In this document: positions 17,749 through 27,150 of the stretch, piece after piece | Position numbering within the stretch: the first letter of the stretch is position 1 | Layout: the number at the start of each line of letters is the position of its first letter | From: a virus | Virus record (IMG/VR): IMGVR_UViG_3300002144_000695 | Length of the DNA stretch: 64,000 nt | Direction: 5' to 3' (one strand) | Program-made: the position numbers and the translations under genes | The notes under the pieces: generated by a model | The model's database searches: none | Told to the model about the DNA's origin: nothing | What the model saw: only the letters and a program-made list of their open reading frames with translations

Positions 17749-17928
17749 ATGGCACATTACAAGTTTAAAGCAAAATTAACAGACGATATCGAAGATGCAA
17801 GGGAAATCGTCCGTAATACAGGTAGAATGTTAGAAGAAGGTAAAATTGATAAACATTCAGCCCTAGACAATTTAGCACGAGCATTAAAGAAATTAGATTC
17901 AGCTCGTTATTATATTGACAGAGAATAA
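17749..17928 (+). CDS. hypothetical protein (59 aa, not in track)
   Basis: MAHYKFKAKLTDDIED...; late motif and AAGGA upstream. Confidence 0.65.
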   Translation: MAHYKFKAKLTDDIEDAREIVRNTGRMLEEGKIDKHSALDNLARALKKLDSARYYIDRE

Positions 17929-17943
17929 TTAAAATTTTAAGTT

Positions 17944-18111
17944 ATGGCAAAAAAAGCAAGAAGTGCTCCCTCATCGCGAGGGTTTAAATCATTGCAATGT
18001 AAATATTGTAATGAAGTACCCGATCGGGTAGATTCGAATGCAACTGCAGTCACGTGTTGGAAATGTACACATCGTTTAGTTAATGGTGAAGTATTGGAAA
18101 TACGAAAATAA
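17944..18111 (+). CDS. small zinc-finger protein (55 aa, not in track)
   Basis: CKYC...CWKC. Confidence 0.65.
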   Translation: MAKKARSAPSSRGFKSLQCKYCNEVPDRVDSNATAVTCWKCTHRLVNGEVLEIRK

Positions 18112-18140
18112 TTCATTATATTATTAGTAAAAACTAATTT

Positions 18141-18926
18141 ATGTTAGAAGCAGAAAAAATAAAATCTAATTGGGAAAGATATCGTGGCTTGGTCGATGAG
18201 TTCTTTCCTACTCGTAAAGATGCATTAAATAAAATGTATGATGATTTTGAAGAACGTATGGTATTTATGCCAGCTTCATCAATGGAACATTTTCACAATG
18301 CATTTGCTGGAGGTTATGTTGATCATGTACTTCGAGTAATGGATTGTGCATTAACATTGCATAATACATGGACTGTATCAGGTGCTGATATGTCAGGCTA
18401 TACCGAAGAAGAATTATTGTTTGCTGCAATGCATCATGATTTAGGTAAAGCAGGATTTCCAGGGGATGGGAACGAAGTATATCAAACAGAGACTTCCGAT
18501 TGGCATCGTAAAAATCAAGGTAAACTTTATAAAACAAATCCAAATATTCCATTTGCAATGGTACCAGATCTTTCAATTTGGTTGTTGCAGGAATATAATG
18601 TAAAAATGTCTTGGGCAGAGTATCAAGCAATTAAAATACATGATGGAATGTATGATGATGCAAATAAACCATACTTTGTTTCTAGATCTCCACAATCTAA
18701 ATTAAAAACAAATTTACCAGTTATATTGCATCATGCAGATCATATGGCTTCTATAATTGAATTTGAACGATGGAGAAATTTCAAAGCAGGAACTCCAGTG
18801 CCAGTTGTTGAAAAATCAAAAGTAACAAAAAGTAATGGATTAAAAAATCTAGCAGAAGCTAATCCAGATGTAGAACAAGCATTAACAGATATATCAAGTA
18901 TCTTTGGCGCATTTAATAACGATTAA
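18141..18926 (+). CDS. HD-domain phosphohydrolase
   Basis: HNAF.GG..DH, HHDLGK, HDG and LHHAD motifs. Confidence 0.85.
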   Translation: MLEAEKIKSNWERYRGLVDEFFPTRKDALNKMYDDFEERMVFMPASSMEHFHNAFAGGYVDHVLRVMDCALTLHNTWTVSGADMSGYTEEELLFAAMHHDLGKAGFPGDGNEVYQTETSDWHRKNQGKLYKTNPNIPFAMVPDLSIWLLQEYNVKMSWAEYQAIKIHDGMYDDANKPYFVSRSPQSKLKTNLPVILHHADHMASIIEFERWRNFKAGTPVPVVEKSKVTKSNGLKNLAEANPDVEQALTDISSIFGAFNND

Positions 18927-19224
18927 TATGATAGTATTAACAATTTTATCTAGTATGTTAACTATAGGCACCGGTTATTTTGGTTATAGAGCTTATTATT
19001 TAGCCGGCGCATTAGCAGAAGCTCAAGAATATATTGAAGAATTAGAAGTTACCAATCAATACATGTTTGGTAAAATTGAAGAAGCATACAACACAATGCA
19101 AGAGATTGATCGTTTAGGAGCGTTTGAATCAGAAGACGAAGCGGGCACAACATTCCAGATGTTGAAAGAAACAATTACAGAATTAAAAGATCTATTCGAT
19201 GGCGAAGCGCAGGAAAAAAAGTAA
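18904..19224 (+). CDS. membrane-anchored coiled-coil protein
   Basis: N-terminal hydrophobic helix; true start may be 18928. Confidence 0.65.
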   Translation: MAHLITINMIVLTILSSMLTIGTGYFGYRAYYLAGALAEAQEYIEELEVTNQYMFGKIEEAYNTMQEIDRLGAFESEDEAGTTFQMLKETITELKDLFDGEAQEKK

Positions 19225-19900
19225 TATATATTTTACAAAAATAACAGATTTAGCAATATCTGCTTATAATGGGATTGATGATGATCGTATAAAACGTGAA
19301 AAAATTTATCGAAGATTTATTTACCCAGCATTTTTAAAATTAGCAGAAAATCTTATTAATAAAGTTAAACCAACTTATATTGATTCATCGTTTGTTGATT
19401 TGCAAACAGACTTAGTAACATATCTTACAGAACGATTAAATAAATTTAAACCAGAGTCTGGTAAAGCATATTCATATTATACTAGAACTTCATTTAATTA
19501 TTTGATTGCAGAAAATCAAAAAGCGTATGCTAAATTAAAAACTGATAAATTAGAGTTAGATATTGATGAACAACGAAATATTATCACTGAAATGCATAAT
19601 GATGATATGCGTGAGACATTGAAATATTTTATGGATGCATATATTGAATATTGTTATGAAAATTTGAATTATATTTTTATAAACGGCACAGATATACATG
19701 TAGCAGACTCAATCCTTCATATTTTTGAAACTAGAGAAAATATCGAAGACTTTAACAAGAAAGCGTTATACATCTTTATACGAGAACGTACGGGATTAGA
19801 AACAAGCAATATCACGCGTGTAATTAAAACACTTAAACAAATATACACAGACAAGTTCCTTGAGTATGAACGTACAAACTTCGTAAATCTACCCTTTTGA
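19199..19900 (+). CDS. T4 gp55-like late-transcription sigma factor
   Basis: FLKLAENL..., KFKPESGKAYSYYTRTSFNYLI matches the sigma region-2 pattern of the gp55 family. Confidence 0.75.
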   Translation: MAKRRKKSNIYFTKITDLAISAYNGIDDDRIKREKIYRRFIYPAFLKLAENLINKVKPTYIDSSFVDLQTDLVTYLTERLNKFKPESGKAYSYYTRTSFNYLIAENQKAYAKLKTDKLELDIDEQRNIITEMHNDDMRETLKYFMDAYIEYCYENLNYIFINGTDIHVADSILHIFETRENIEDFNKKALYIFIRERTGLETSNITRVIKTLKQIYTDKFLEYERTNFVNLPF

Positions 19901-19924
19901 TATTTATATTAAAGGATTTACGAT

Positions 19925-20359
19925 ATGGACAAAACAGATGAATTATTCAAAGGCACCACATTTGCTGACTTAATGTCCGATGTCTATCACAATTCTAAAA
20001 AGAAAGATAGACAAATTAATCAACTTATATCACAGCTACAACCACTTATACGTAATGCATCGGATGCAACAGTTATAGTTCCACTCATTAAAGAATATTT
20101 AGATGTAGCAGTTAAGAATGACGATCATCTCGTTAAACTTACTGCTATTGTTCAACGGTTTATTTCAACTAAACAAACAATTGCAGGTGCTGACGGTTTG
20201 TTAAGTGATGAAGAAAAACAACAATTAATGAAAATTGCTGAAAAAACAATGACTAATGAATTAGAAGACGAGTTAGATCTAATTGATGAAGATGATACTG
20301 TATTGCAAACCCATATTACCGATGTAAAAAATAAATTAGGAAAGGAATTAGGTGCATAA
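19925..20359 (+). CDS. hypothetical protein
   Basis: 144-aa ORF, late motif and AAGGA upstream. Confidence 0.75.
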   Translation: MDKTDELFKGTTFADLMSDVYHNSKKKDRQINQLISQLQPLIRNASDATVIVPLIKEYLDVAVKNDDHLVKLTAIVQRFISTKQTIAGADGLLSDEEKQQLMKIAEKTMTNELEDELDLIDEDDTVLQTHITDVKNKLGKELGA

Positions 20360-21413
20360 TGTCAAATTCGATGTAGCTGAAGTTTTATCTTATGATAATA
20401 CATATCAGCATATTCCGGCGGGGTCAGCCGACTCTAATGTAAATAATTTATTTGCTATCAAAGTTAGATCTTGTAGTACTTACTACAATCATAAGGAATA
20501 TATTGTTAAGCCTAGCAATATTAAATTAAAACAAATACCATTAGTCGGAGAATTTGTTTTAATTTACAAAACATTTAACCAAGAATCTACATCGACAAAG
20601 CCACGAGAACAATGGTATTATCTAGCAACTGTTGATATTCAGTCATCAATCAATGAAAACATGTTGCCGGGTATTTCTAATAATTTAACTCAAACTCAAA
20701 TTGATTTAATTAAGCCGGGGTATACATTCAAACAAAAATCAATATCACCGCTACAACCATATGAAGGCGACTTTTTGTTGGAGGGTCGTTGGAGTAATAG
20801 TATACGTTTTGGTAGTACATTAGATTATATTAATGGAAAATATAGTATTGAACCCATATGGTCGGGCACTTCAATTGGCGATCCTATAATAATATTGTCT
20901 AATGGTCGAATTAATAAACCAAATAAACAATTTGTTAATGAGGATATTGAAAAAGATGCATCGTCAGTTTATTTAACTAGCACGCAAACAATTCCAACAT
21001 TAGCATTAGGCGATAAAAACTCTCCTAATTCATTATCTTGTTTTTTACCAAATGAATCACAATTTGCAAGATCACAATTCATAGGTACCGCAGATCGAGT
21101 TATATTAAAAGCAAAAACAGATGTTGCAATTATTGATTCTCCTCGTGCAATTATATTAAATACTACAGGCGACATAAAATTAGGTAATGATGAAGCAAAT
21201 GAATCTATGGTTCATGGACGTGTATTGTTAAATGTACTGCAAAAAATATTAAATCAACTGAAAGGTCCAATTCAATGTGGCACCATGTTCGGTACATTTA
21301 TCGATCAAGCTAATAGAATTGAGGCTCAACAAGAGTTAAAAAATCTATTAAGTTCAAAATACTTTATACAAAAACATCCATATAAATTAGAATCCGACCA
21401 AGAAAAATTATGA
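20352..21413 (+). CDS. baseplate hub/spike protein (gp5-like, no lysozyme domain)
   Basis: OB-fold-like N-terminus (PLVGEFV), EGD..LEGRWSNSIRFGST, beta-rich C-terminus; position before gp25/gp6. Confidence 0.6.
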   Translation: MHNVKFDVAEVLSYDNTYQHIPAGSADSNVNNLFAIKVRSCSTYYNHKEYIVKPSNIKLKQIPLVGEFVLIYKTFNQESTSTKPREQWYYLATVDIQSSINENMLPGISNNLTQTQIDLIKPGYTFKQKSISPLQPYEGDFLLEGRWSNSIRFGSTLDYINGKYSIEPIWSGTSIGDPIIILSNGRINKPNKQFVNEDIEKDASSVYLTSTQTIPTLALGDKNSPNSLSCFLPNESQFARSQFIGTADRVILKAKTDVAIIDSPRAIILNTTGDIKLGNDEANESMVHGRVLLNVLQKILNQLKGPIQCGTMFGTFIDQANRIEAQQELKNLLSSKYFIQKHPYKLESDQEKL

Positions 21414-22273
21414 GTTCAATAGTTCCACCATTAGATTTTATACCAAAATTACCAGGTAAAGCTGTTTCAGAAGTTATGAGACAACTTGACATACAAACAG
21501 ATAAATTAGCAGCAAAAGTAGCTACTACAGTAGCAGATTCAATTAAACTGCCGGCTGGCATAGAATGTAATGATCCTAGGATTGCTAAAATTAAAAGTCA
21601 ATTAACTGATGTACAAGCTCAAATTGCTAAAGTACAAGAAACTATTCCAAAAATTCAAGATACAATTGACATTGTTAAAAACGTTGTAGCAGTAGCTCAA
21701 GATATTAAAACTTCAATAACAATAGCACAATTGAGTGTGCCGTTAACTGCAGGTGTTTTTATTGCTAATCAATTAATAGCTATACAAGATGCTACGATTG
21801 TGAATGCAATTGAATCATTGAATCAATTTTCGACAATACCTGCAACATTAACTTCAAAATTATCAACAATTGTACCTCCACTTACTAGTGCAATAACTAA
21901 ACTAGTAGTAGCATGCGGTGATAATGACCCAGCTGTAACAGAGTTTTCATTGCCTAGCAATCTAATGCAAGATTCAAATGGTAATAATAACAATACTAAT
22001 TATAATGATTTAGTTGCAACTAATTTTTACAATGAAGATAATGTTTCTGATTCAGATTTACAGGATAGGTCTGATTCAATTAAAGAACTATTAACGCAGC
22101 AAAGAAACTTGCTAACGTCATTGAATGAAGCACCTAGCCAAGTATACCAACAATCAGGAATTCCTGCAGGAGAAGTAGGCAAAATAGGCGATTATTATAT
22201 TGATACACTAGCATCAAACATATATGGGCCGAAGCCTACTTCAAACAATTGGGGAACACCCGTAAATTTATAA
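21410..22273 (+). CDS. virion-associated helical protein
   Basis: Coiled-coil body; C-terminal G..GDYYIDT...IYGPK...WG motif seen in fibre proteins. Confidence 0.55.
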   Translation: MSSIVPPLDFIPKLPGKAVSEVMRQLDIQTDKLAAKVATTVADSIKLPAGIECNDPRIAKIKSQLTDVQAQIAKVQETIPKIQDTIDIVKNVVAVAQDIKTSITIAQLSVPLTAGVFIANQLIAIQDATIVNAIESLNQFSTIPATLTSKLSTIVPPLTSAITKLVVACGDNDPAVTEFSLPSNLMQDSNGNNNNTNYNDLVATNFYNEDNVSDSDLQDRSDSIKELLTQQRNLLTSLNEAPSQVYQQSGIPAGEVGKIGDYYIDTLASNIYGPKPTSNNWGTPVNL

Positions 22274-22301
22274 TTACAATATTTATATAAAAATAAGTAC
22301 A

Positions 22302-22796
22302 ATGGATAACAAAACATTTATATTAGCTCTAAAAAAAATAATTCGCGAAGAATTAAAAACGGTCATTAAACAAGAACTAACTGAAATTTTGAAAGAAGGG
22401 TTAAAACCTACTATTTTAGAGATGACTCAACCAAACAATGTAATCGAGAAACAACGATTGACTACTACAAAAAAACCAATATTCGAAGATAATAAATGGG
22501 CGTCGGTATTAAATGATACAGACATGTTAGTAGAACAACAACCATTTGCAATGAATAGTTTTTCTGATATGATGAATGAATCATATGATGATACTATTGC
22601 AATGACATCACGTGATGCAGCTGGGTTTGGAGTAATGCGACAAAACAATCCCAGCCATACAAGTTCAGTTCCCAAAATAATGGAAGATCCAGAAACGGGT
22701 AACGTTATGAATGTTGCTCCAGAAGTTGCTGCAGCAATGACTCGAGATTATTCTGCGATGATGAAAGCAATTGACAAGAAAAAAGGAATGGCATAA
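22302..22796 (+). CDS. hypothetical protein
   Basis: KKIIREE..VIKQEL.EIL.E N-terminus; late motif upstream. Confidence 0.7.
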   Translation: MDNKTFILALKKIIREELKTVIKQELTEILKEGLKPTILEMTQPNNVIEKQRLTTTKKPIFEDNKWASVLNDTDMLVEQQPFAMNSFSDMMNESYDDTIAMTSRDAAGFGVMRQNNPSHTSSVPKIMEDPETGNVMNVAPEVAAAMTRDYSAMMKAIDKKKGMA

Positions 22797-23230
22797 TGGC
22801 ATATAGATTAGAATCAATCAATGATGTAACTCAACAAAATGAAGTGGGTTTAGGAGTATCTTTTTCTGCTAATACTTCACTGTTTGCTTCTATTTATACA
22901 ACACTGTCCCAGACTAAAGAAAATCTTAAGACATTGTTATTAACTAGAATTGGTGAGCGTGTTATGCAACCAACATATGGTACAAATTTAATTAATATTA
23001 TATTTGAACCAAACTTATCTAGTTTAAAAACAGAAATACAAACACTAATACAAGATCCAATTAATTATTGGCTGCCTTATATTAATATTGAATCGATTGA
23101 TATTATTACAAATGAAGATGACAGTAATATGATTCATAATATACAAATAACAATAAATTATTCAGTGGATAATTTAGATACTAATACAATAACAATTGTT
23201 AGTGATGCTTCTAGCATTAGAATAGAATAA
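22796..23230 (+). CDS. baseplate wedge protein gp25-like
   Basis: NLKTLLLTRIGERVMQPTYGTNL. Confidence 0.9.
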   Translation: MAYRLESINDVTQQNEVGLGVSFSANTSLFASIYTTLSQTKENLKTLLLTRIGERVMQPTYGTNLINIIFEPNLSSLKTEIQTLIQDPINYWLPYINIESIDIITNEDDSNMIHNIQITINYSVDNLDTNTITIVSDASSIRIE

Positions 23231-23238
23231 GGTAAATA

Positions 23239-25119
23239 ATGGAAATAAAAAAAGATGTAACATATCTAGGAAAAGATTTTGGACAATTTAGAACAAATCT
23301 AATAGAGTTTACTAAACAATACTTCCCAAATACATACACAGACTTCAATGAATCGTCGCCTGGGATGTTATTTATCGAACTAGCATCGTATGTAGGGGAT
23401 GTTTTATCATTTTATGCAGATACTAATTTAAAAGAATCTTTGTTAGAACAAGCATCTGAACGAGGCAATATTTATGATATTGCAAAATCACTAGGATATA
23501 AGTCTAGTAATGTTGTTCCAGCATATGTAGATTTAAACGTTTATCAATTAGTTCCATCAATTGGCTCTGGAAATGATGTACGTCCCGATTTTAATTATGC
23601 ATTATCAATTAAGCCAGGATTTCGTGTTAAACAAACAGAAGGAAATGCGGTATTTAGAACTTTTGATTCTATAGATTTTTCATATTCGTCTAGTTTAGAT
23701 ACAACTGAGGTAACTATATATGAAAGTGACCCAACAACTAAAACTCCAACATATTATTTATTAAAAAAATCAGCGCGTGCAGTATCTGGTGAAGTTAAAA
23801 CTGCAACATTTTCATTTAATTCACCAATACCTTATGATAAAGTTGTATTAACAGACACAAATGTAATTGAAGTAATATCTGTTACTGAGTCTGACGGAGA
23901 TAATTGGTTTGAAGTTCCATATTTAGCTCAAGATACAATTTTTGAAGCTGTTTCTAATTTAGCCGAAAATGACCCAGAATTAAGTCAATATCGATCGTCT
24001 TCTCCTAGTTTATTAAAACTTCGCAAGACAGCTAAACGATTTATTACTAGATTACGAAGTGACAATCGTTTAGAATTACAATTTGGTTCAGGCATATCTG
24101 ATAATAACGATGAAGAAATTATTCCAAACCCGGATAATGTTGGTAATGGGTTGGCTGGATTTCGTAAAAATCTAGATGTTGATATTGATCCGTCTAACTT
24201 TTTATATACTAGAACATATGGTCAAGCTCCTTCGAATACAACATTAACTGTAACATATACAATTGGTAATGGCATAACAGATAATGTCCCAGCTGGCGAG
24301 CTTTCTGAAGTTGATTTTATATTATTTAATGAAGATGTTAATTCTACAGTTTCAACCGGCATTGTTAATTTTGTTAAAAATACAGTTGCAGTAACAAATC
24401 CAGCGCCAGCCACGGGAGCAAAAACGTCTGATAGTTTGCAAGATATAAAAAATAATGCCTTAGCAAACTTTGCAACGCAAAATCGTTTAGTAACGAGAGA
24501 TGATTATATAATTCGTGCATATTCAATGCCGCCGAAATTTGGCAGTGTAGCTAAAGCATATATTGTTCCTGACGATCAAATTTCACAGTCTGATTATCAA
24601 GACGCTCGAGTTCCTAATCCATTAGCAATGAATATGTATGTTTTAGGATTTAATTCCTTTAAACAATTAACTAACTTAAATCAAGCAGTTAAAGAAAATC
24701 TAAAAACGTATTTAGACTATTATCGTATGTTAACTGATGCAATCAATATAAAAGATGCATATATTATTAATATTGGAATTGATTTTGAAATTTCAGTATT
24801 ATCTAATTATAATAGTAATGAAGTTTTATTAAATTGTATTAGCAAACTCCGAGAATATTTTAATGTCGACAGATGGCAAATAAATCAACCTATAACAAAA
24901 TCTGATATTACTAATTTAATTGCAAATGTTAAAGGCGTACAGTCAGTAGTAGGAAGTCGTTTTTCTAATTTATATGAAACTGACTTAAATTATTCTGGAA
25001 ATATATATGATTTACAGACAGCTACAAAAAATGGGATAATTTATCCTTCATTGGATCCTAGTATCTTTGAAGTTAAATTTCCAAATCAAGATATTAAAGG
25101 ACGTGTAGTCAATTATTAA
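23239..25119 (+). CDS. baseplate wedge subunit gp6-like
   Basis: DFNESSPGMLFIELASYVGDVLSFY, LQFG.G, QNRLVTRDDY. Confidence 0.9.
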   Translation: MEIKKDVTYLGKDFGQFRTNLIEFTKQYFPNTYTDFNESSPGMLFIELASYVGDVLSFYADTNLKESLLEQASERGNIYDIAKSLGYKSSNVVPAYVDLNVYQLVPSIGSGNDVRPDFNYALSIKPGFRVKQTEGNAVFRTFDSIDFSYSSSLDTTEVTIYESDPTTKTPTYYLLKKSARAVSGEVKTATFSFNSPIPYDKVVLTDTNVIEVISVTESDGDNWFEVPYLAQDTIFEAVSNLAENDPELSQYRSSSPSLLKLRKTAKRFITRLRSDNRLELQFGSGISDNNDEEIIPNPDNVGNGLAGFRKNLDVDIDPSNFLYTRTYGQAPSNTTLTVTYTIGNGITDNVPAGELSEVDFILFNEDVNSTVSTGIVNFVKNTVAVTNPAPATGAKTSDSLQDIKNNALANFATQNRLVTRDDYIIRAYSMPPKFGSVAKAYIVPDDQISQSDYQDARVPNPLAMNMYVLGFNSFKQLTNLNQAVKENLKTYLDYYRMLTDAINIKDAYIINIGIDFEISVLSNYNSNEVLLNCISKLREYFNVDRWQINQPITKSDITNLIANVKGVQSVVGSRFSNLYETDLNYSGNIYDLQTATKNGIIYPSLDPSIFEVKFPNQDIKGRVVNY

Positions 25120-25129
25120 AAGGTAATAA

Positions 25130-26245
25130 ATGTTTAGAATATTTTATGCAACAAAAGATGCAACATTATATGAGTCGGCTCCAGATGTAAATACTGGTCT
25201 TGATGAAATTATAGAGATTGGCAAACGATTAGATACCGCAGGAGATGTGTTATTAAAATCGCGAGGTCTACTAAAATTTGATGTGACGGAAGTATCAGAG
25301 TCATTATCTAAATATGGTAAAACCGTAGAGGAATGTAAATTTATTTTACAATTATATACTAGTCACGCAAAAGAATTGCCGGCTGAATACTCAATTTATT
25401 CTAAACTAGTCGCGCAAGACTGGATTAATGGTACTGGTACTATATCTTATTTAACAAATGATGGAGCATGCTGGAATACGCCATATTCTGGTAGTAACTG
25501 GATATCATCGAGTCAAGCTCAACAAATCGGTACAAGCACGTTATATGTATCTGGATCAGGTGCTGGCGGCAGTTGGATGTATCAATCAGGTTCTGGAGAT
25601 ATTGCTGGACTTATAACATCAGAATCATTTTCATATCGTACAACTGATATAAATTTAGATGTAACCGATTCAATAAAAATTTGGTTGAGTGGTAGTGGTG
25701 GTGAATCGATTCCGAATTACGGATTTTTGATTCAATTTTCAGATGATGATGAACAAGATAGTAATATATCTGGGTATATTTCATATTTTAGTCGAGACAC
25801 ACATACTATATACGTACCTAGATTAACAATGTACTTTGATAATAGTGCGTTTACAACAGGCTCGTTAACTGAGACTAACTTAGAGTCATACATTGTATAT
25901 ACAAACGTAAAACCTACATATAAAGATACTGAAATTGCTAAAGTTAGAATTTATGCACGTGACAAGTATCCTAGAAAATCACCAACAAATTTATTTCCTA
26001 TAGAAACAGTAAAGTATTTACCTACTACTACTTATTATGCAGTTTATGATGCAGCAACTGATGAAGCTATAATTCCGTATGACGATATTTATAATAAAGT
26101 AAGTTGTGATGCTACTAGCAATTATATTCATATTGATATGAATGGATTTATGCCGGAACGAACATATCGTTTAGAATTTAAAATCATTGATGGATTTACT
26201 GAGCAGTATGTTAATGACAACATTTATTTTAAAGTAGTTAGATAA
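25130..26245 (+). CDS. virion structural protein (baseplate region, DNRLRE-like)
   Basis: KDATLYE...NTGLDEIIEI, RGLLKFD, SRDTHTIYVPRL. Confidence 0.6.
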   Translation: MFRIFYATKDATLYESAPDVNTGLDEIIEIGKRLDTAGDVLLKSRGLLKFDVTEVSESLSKYGKTVEECKFILQLYTSHAKELPAEYSIYSKLVAQDWINGTGTISYLTNDGACWNTPYSGSNWISSSQAQQIGTSTLYVSGSGAGGSWMYQSGSGDIAGLITSESFSYRTTDINLDVTDSIKIWLSGSGGESIPNYGFLIQFSDDDEQDSNISGYISYFSRDTHTIYVPRLTMYFDNSAFTTGSLTETNLESYIVYTNVKPTYKDTEIAKVRIYARDKYPRKSPTNLFPIETVKYLPTTTYYAVYDAATDEAIIPYDDIYNKVSCDATSNYIHIDMNGFMPERTYRLEFKIIDGFTEQYVNDNIYFKVVR

Positions 26246-27138
26246 TGGCAAACAGAGAAAATAGCACATCAGAAAGTCCATCGTATCAATTAGAAACATC
26301 GTTGAATGATACTATAGAATTATTAAGTGATCCGGTATCAGCGGATCAACAAGCTCAATATCGTATGAATGGATTAACATATGTGTCAAATAATGAATCA
26401 ATTGTTCCTAGAGATTTAGCAGGAAATATAATACTTAACGAAGGTGCCACAAATAATCCATTACTAATAATTGATGCTGTAACAGAACAAATTACTACAA
26501 AATCTGCATTGAAATTATTAGATACCCGATTTCAATATTATAAATTTCCAGCTACAATACGTGAAACTAATGCTATTGAAGATTTAATAGTGGATATAAA
26601 TTTCGATACCGATATTATATATGCTAGATACAAACCGAGTGAAAATCGCAAAATTGCCGGCGGTTCAGTCAACCCTACATTTTCCGGAATTTTAATGAAT
26701 GAAGTAGAAGAAGGACTTCCACAAAAAAATACAAATGGTTATTATATAACCAAAGCCATTAAAAACTCTGGTGCTGATCTAAGATTTAGAATTAATATCA
26801 ATCATCGTTATGACAGCAGTACCATCACACCAAGAAAAGTTGCGTTTACAATAATAAAACAAGGTCCAAATTATCCATTAAATCGAACATACTTAGGACA
26901 ATATTCAAGATCAGGCTACGATGGAAGATGGAGTTATATAACACCATATGAAGTATGGAATACTTTTATTGATGTTACAATTTCAAATTCGGAAGTTGAA
27001 ATTGGAGATTACTTTAGCATTGGGGCTTTATCAGAAATTAATGATCTAGATAATTATCATACAATTAATTCAGAACAAACATATTGGGTAATTACCGATG
27101 CAAGTAAAAATGTAGATGGCTGGAATCAACCGATATGA
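26245..27138 (+). CDS. virion structural protein
   Basis: Coupled within the baseplate operon. Confidence 0.6.
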   Translation: MANRENSTSESPSYQLETSLNDTIELLSDPVSADQQAQYRMNGLTYVSNNESIVPRDLAGNIILNEGATNNPLLIIDAVTEQITTKSALKLLDTRFQYYKFPATIRETNAIEDLIVDINFDTDIIYARYKPSENRKIAGGSVNPTFSGILMNEVEEGLPQKNTNGYYITKAIKNSGADLRFRININHRYDSSTITPRKVAFTIIKQGPNYPLNRTYLGQYSRSGYDGRWSYITPYEVWNTFIDVTISNSEVEIGDYFSIGALSEINDLDNYHTINSEQTYWVITDASKNVDGWNQPI

Positions 27139-27150
27139 AGATAAAAATAT

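Noticed and set aside
20352-21413. T4 gp5-type tail lysozyme
   Set aside because: No lysozyme motif is present in this hub-like ORF; the only muramidase motif found is in 4817-6196.
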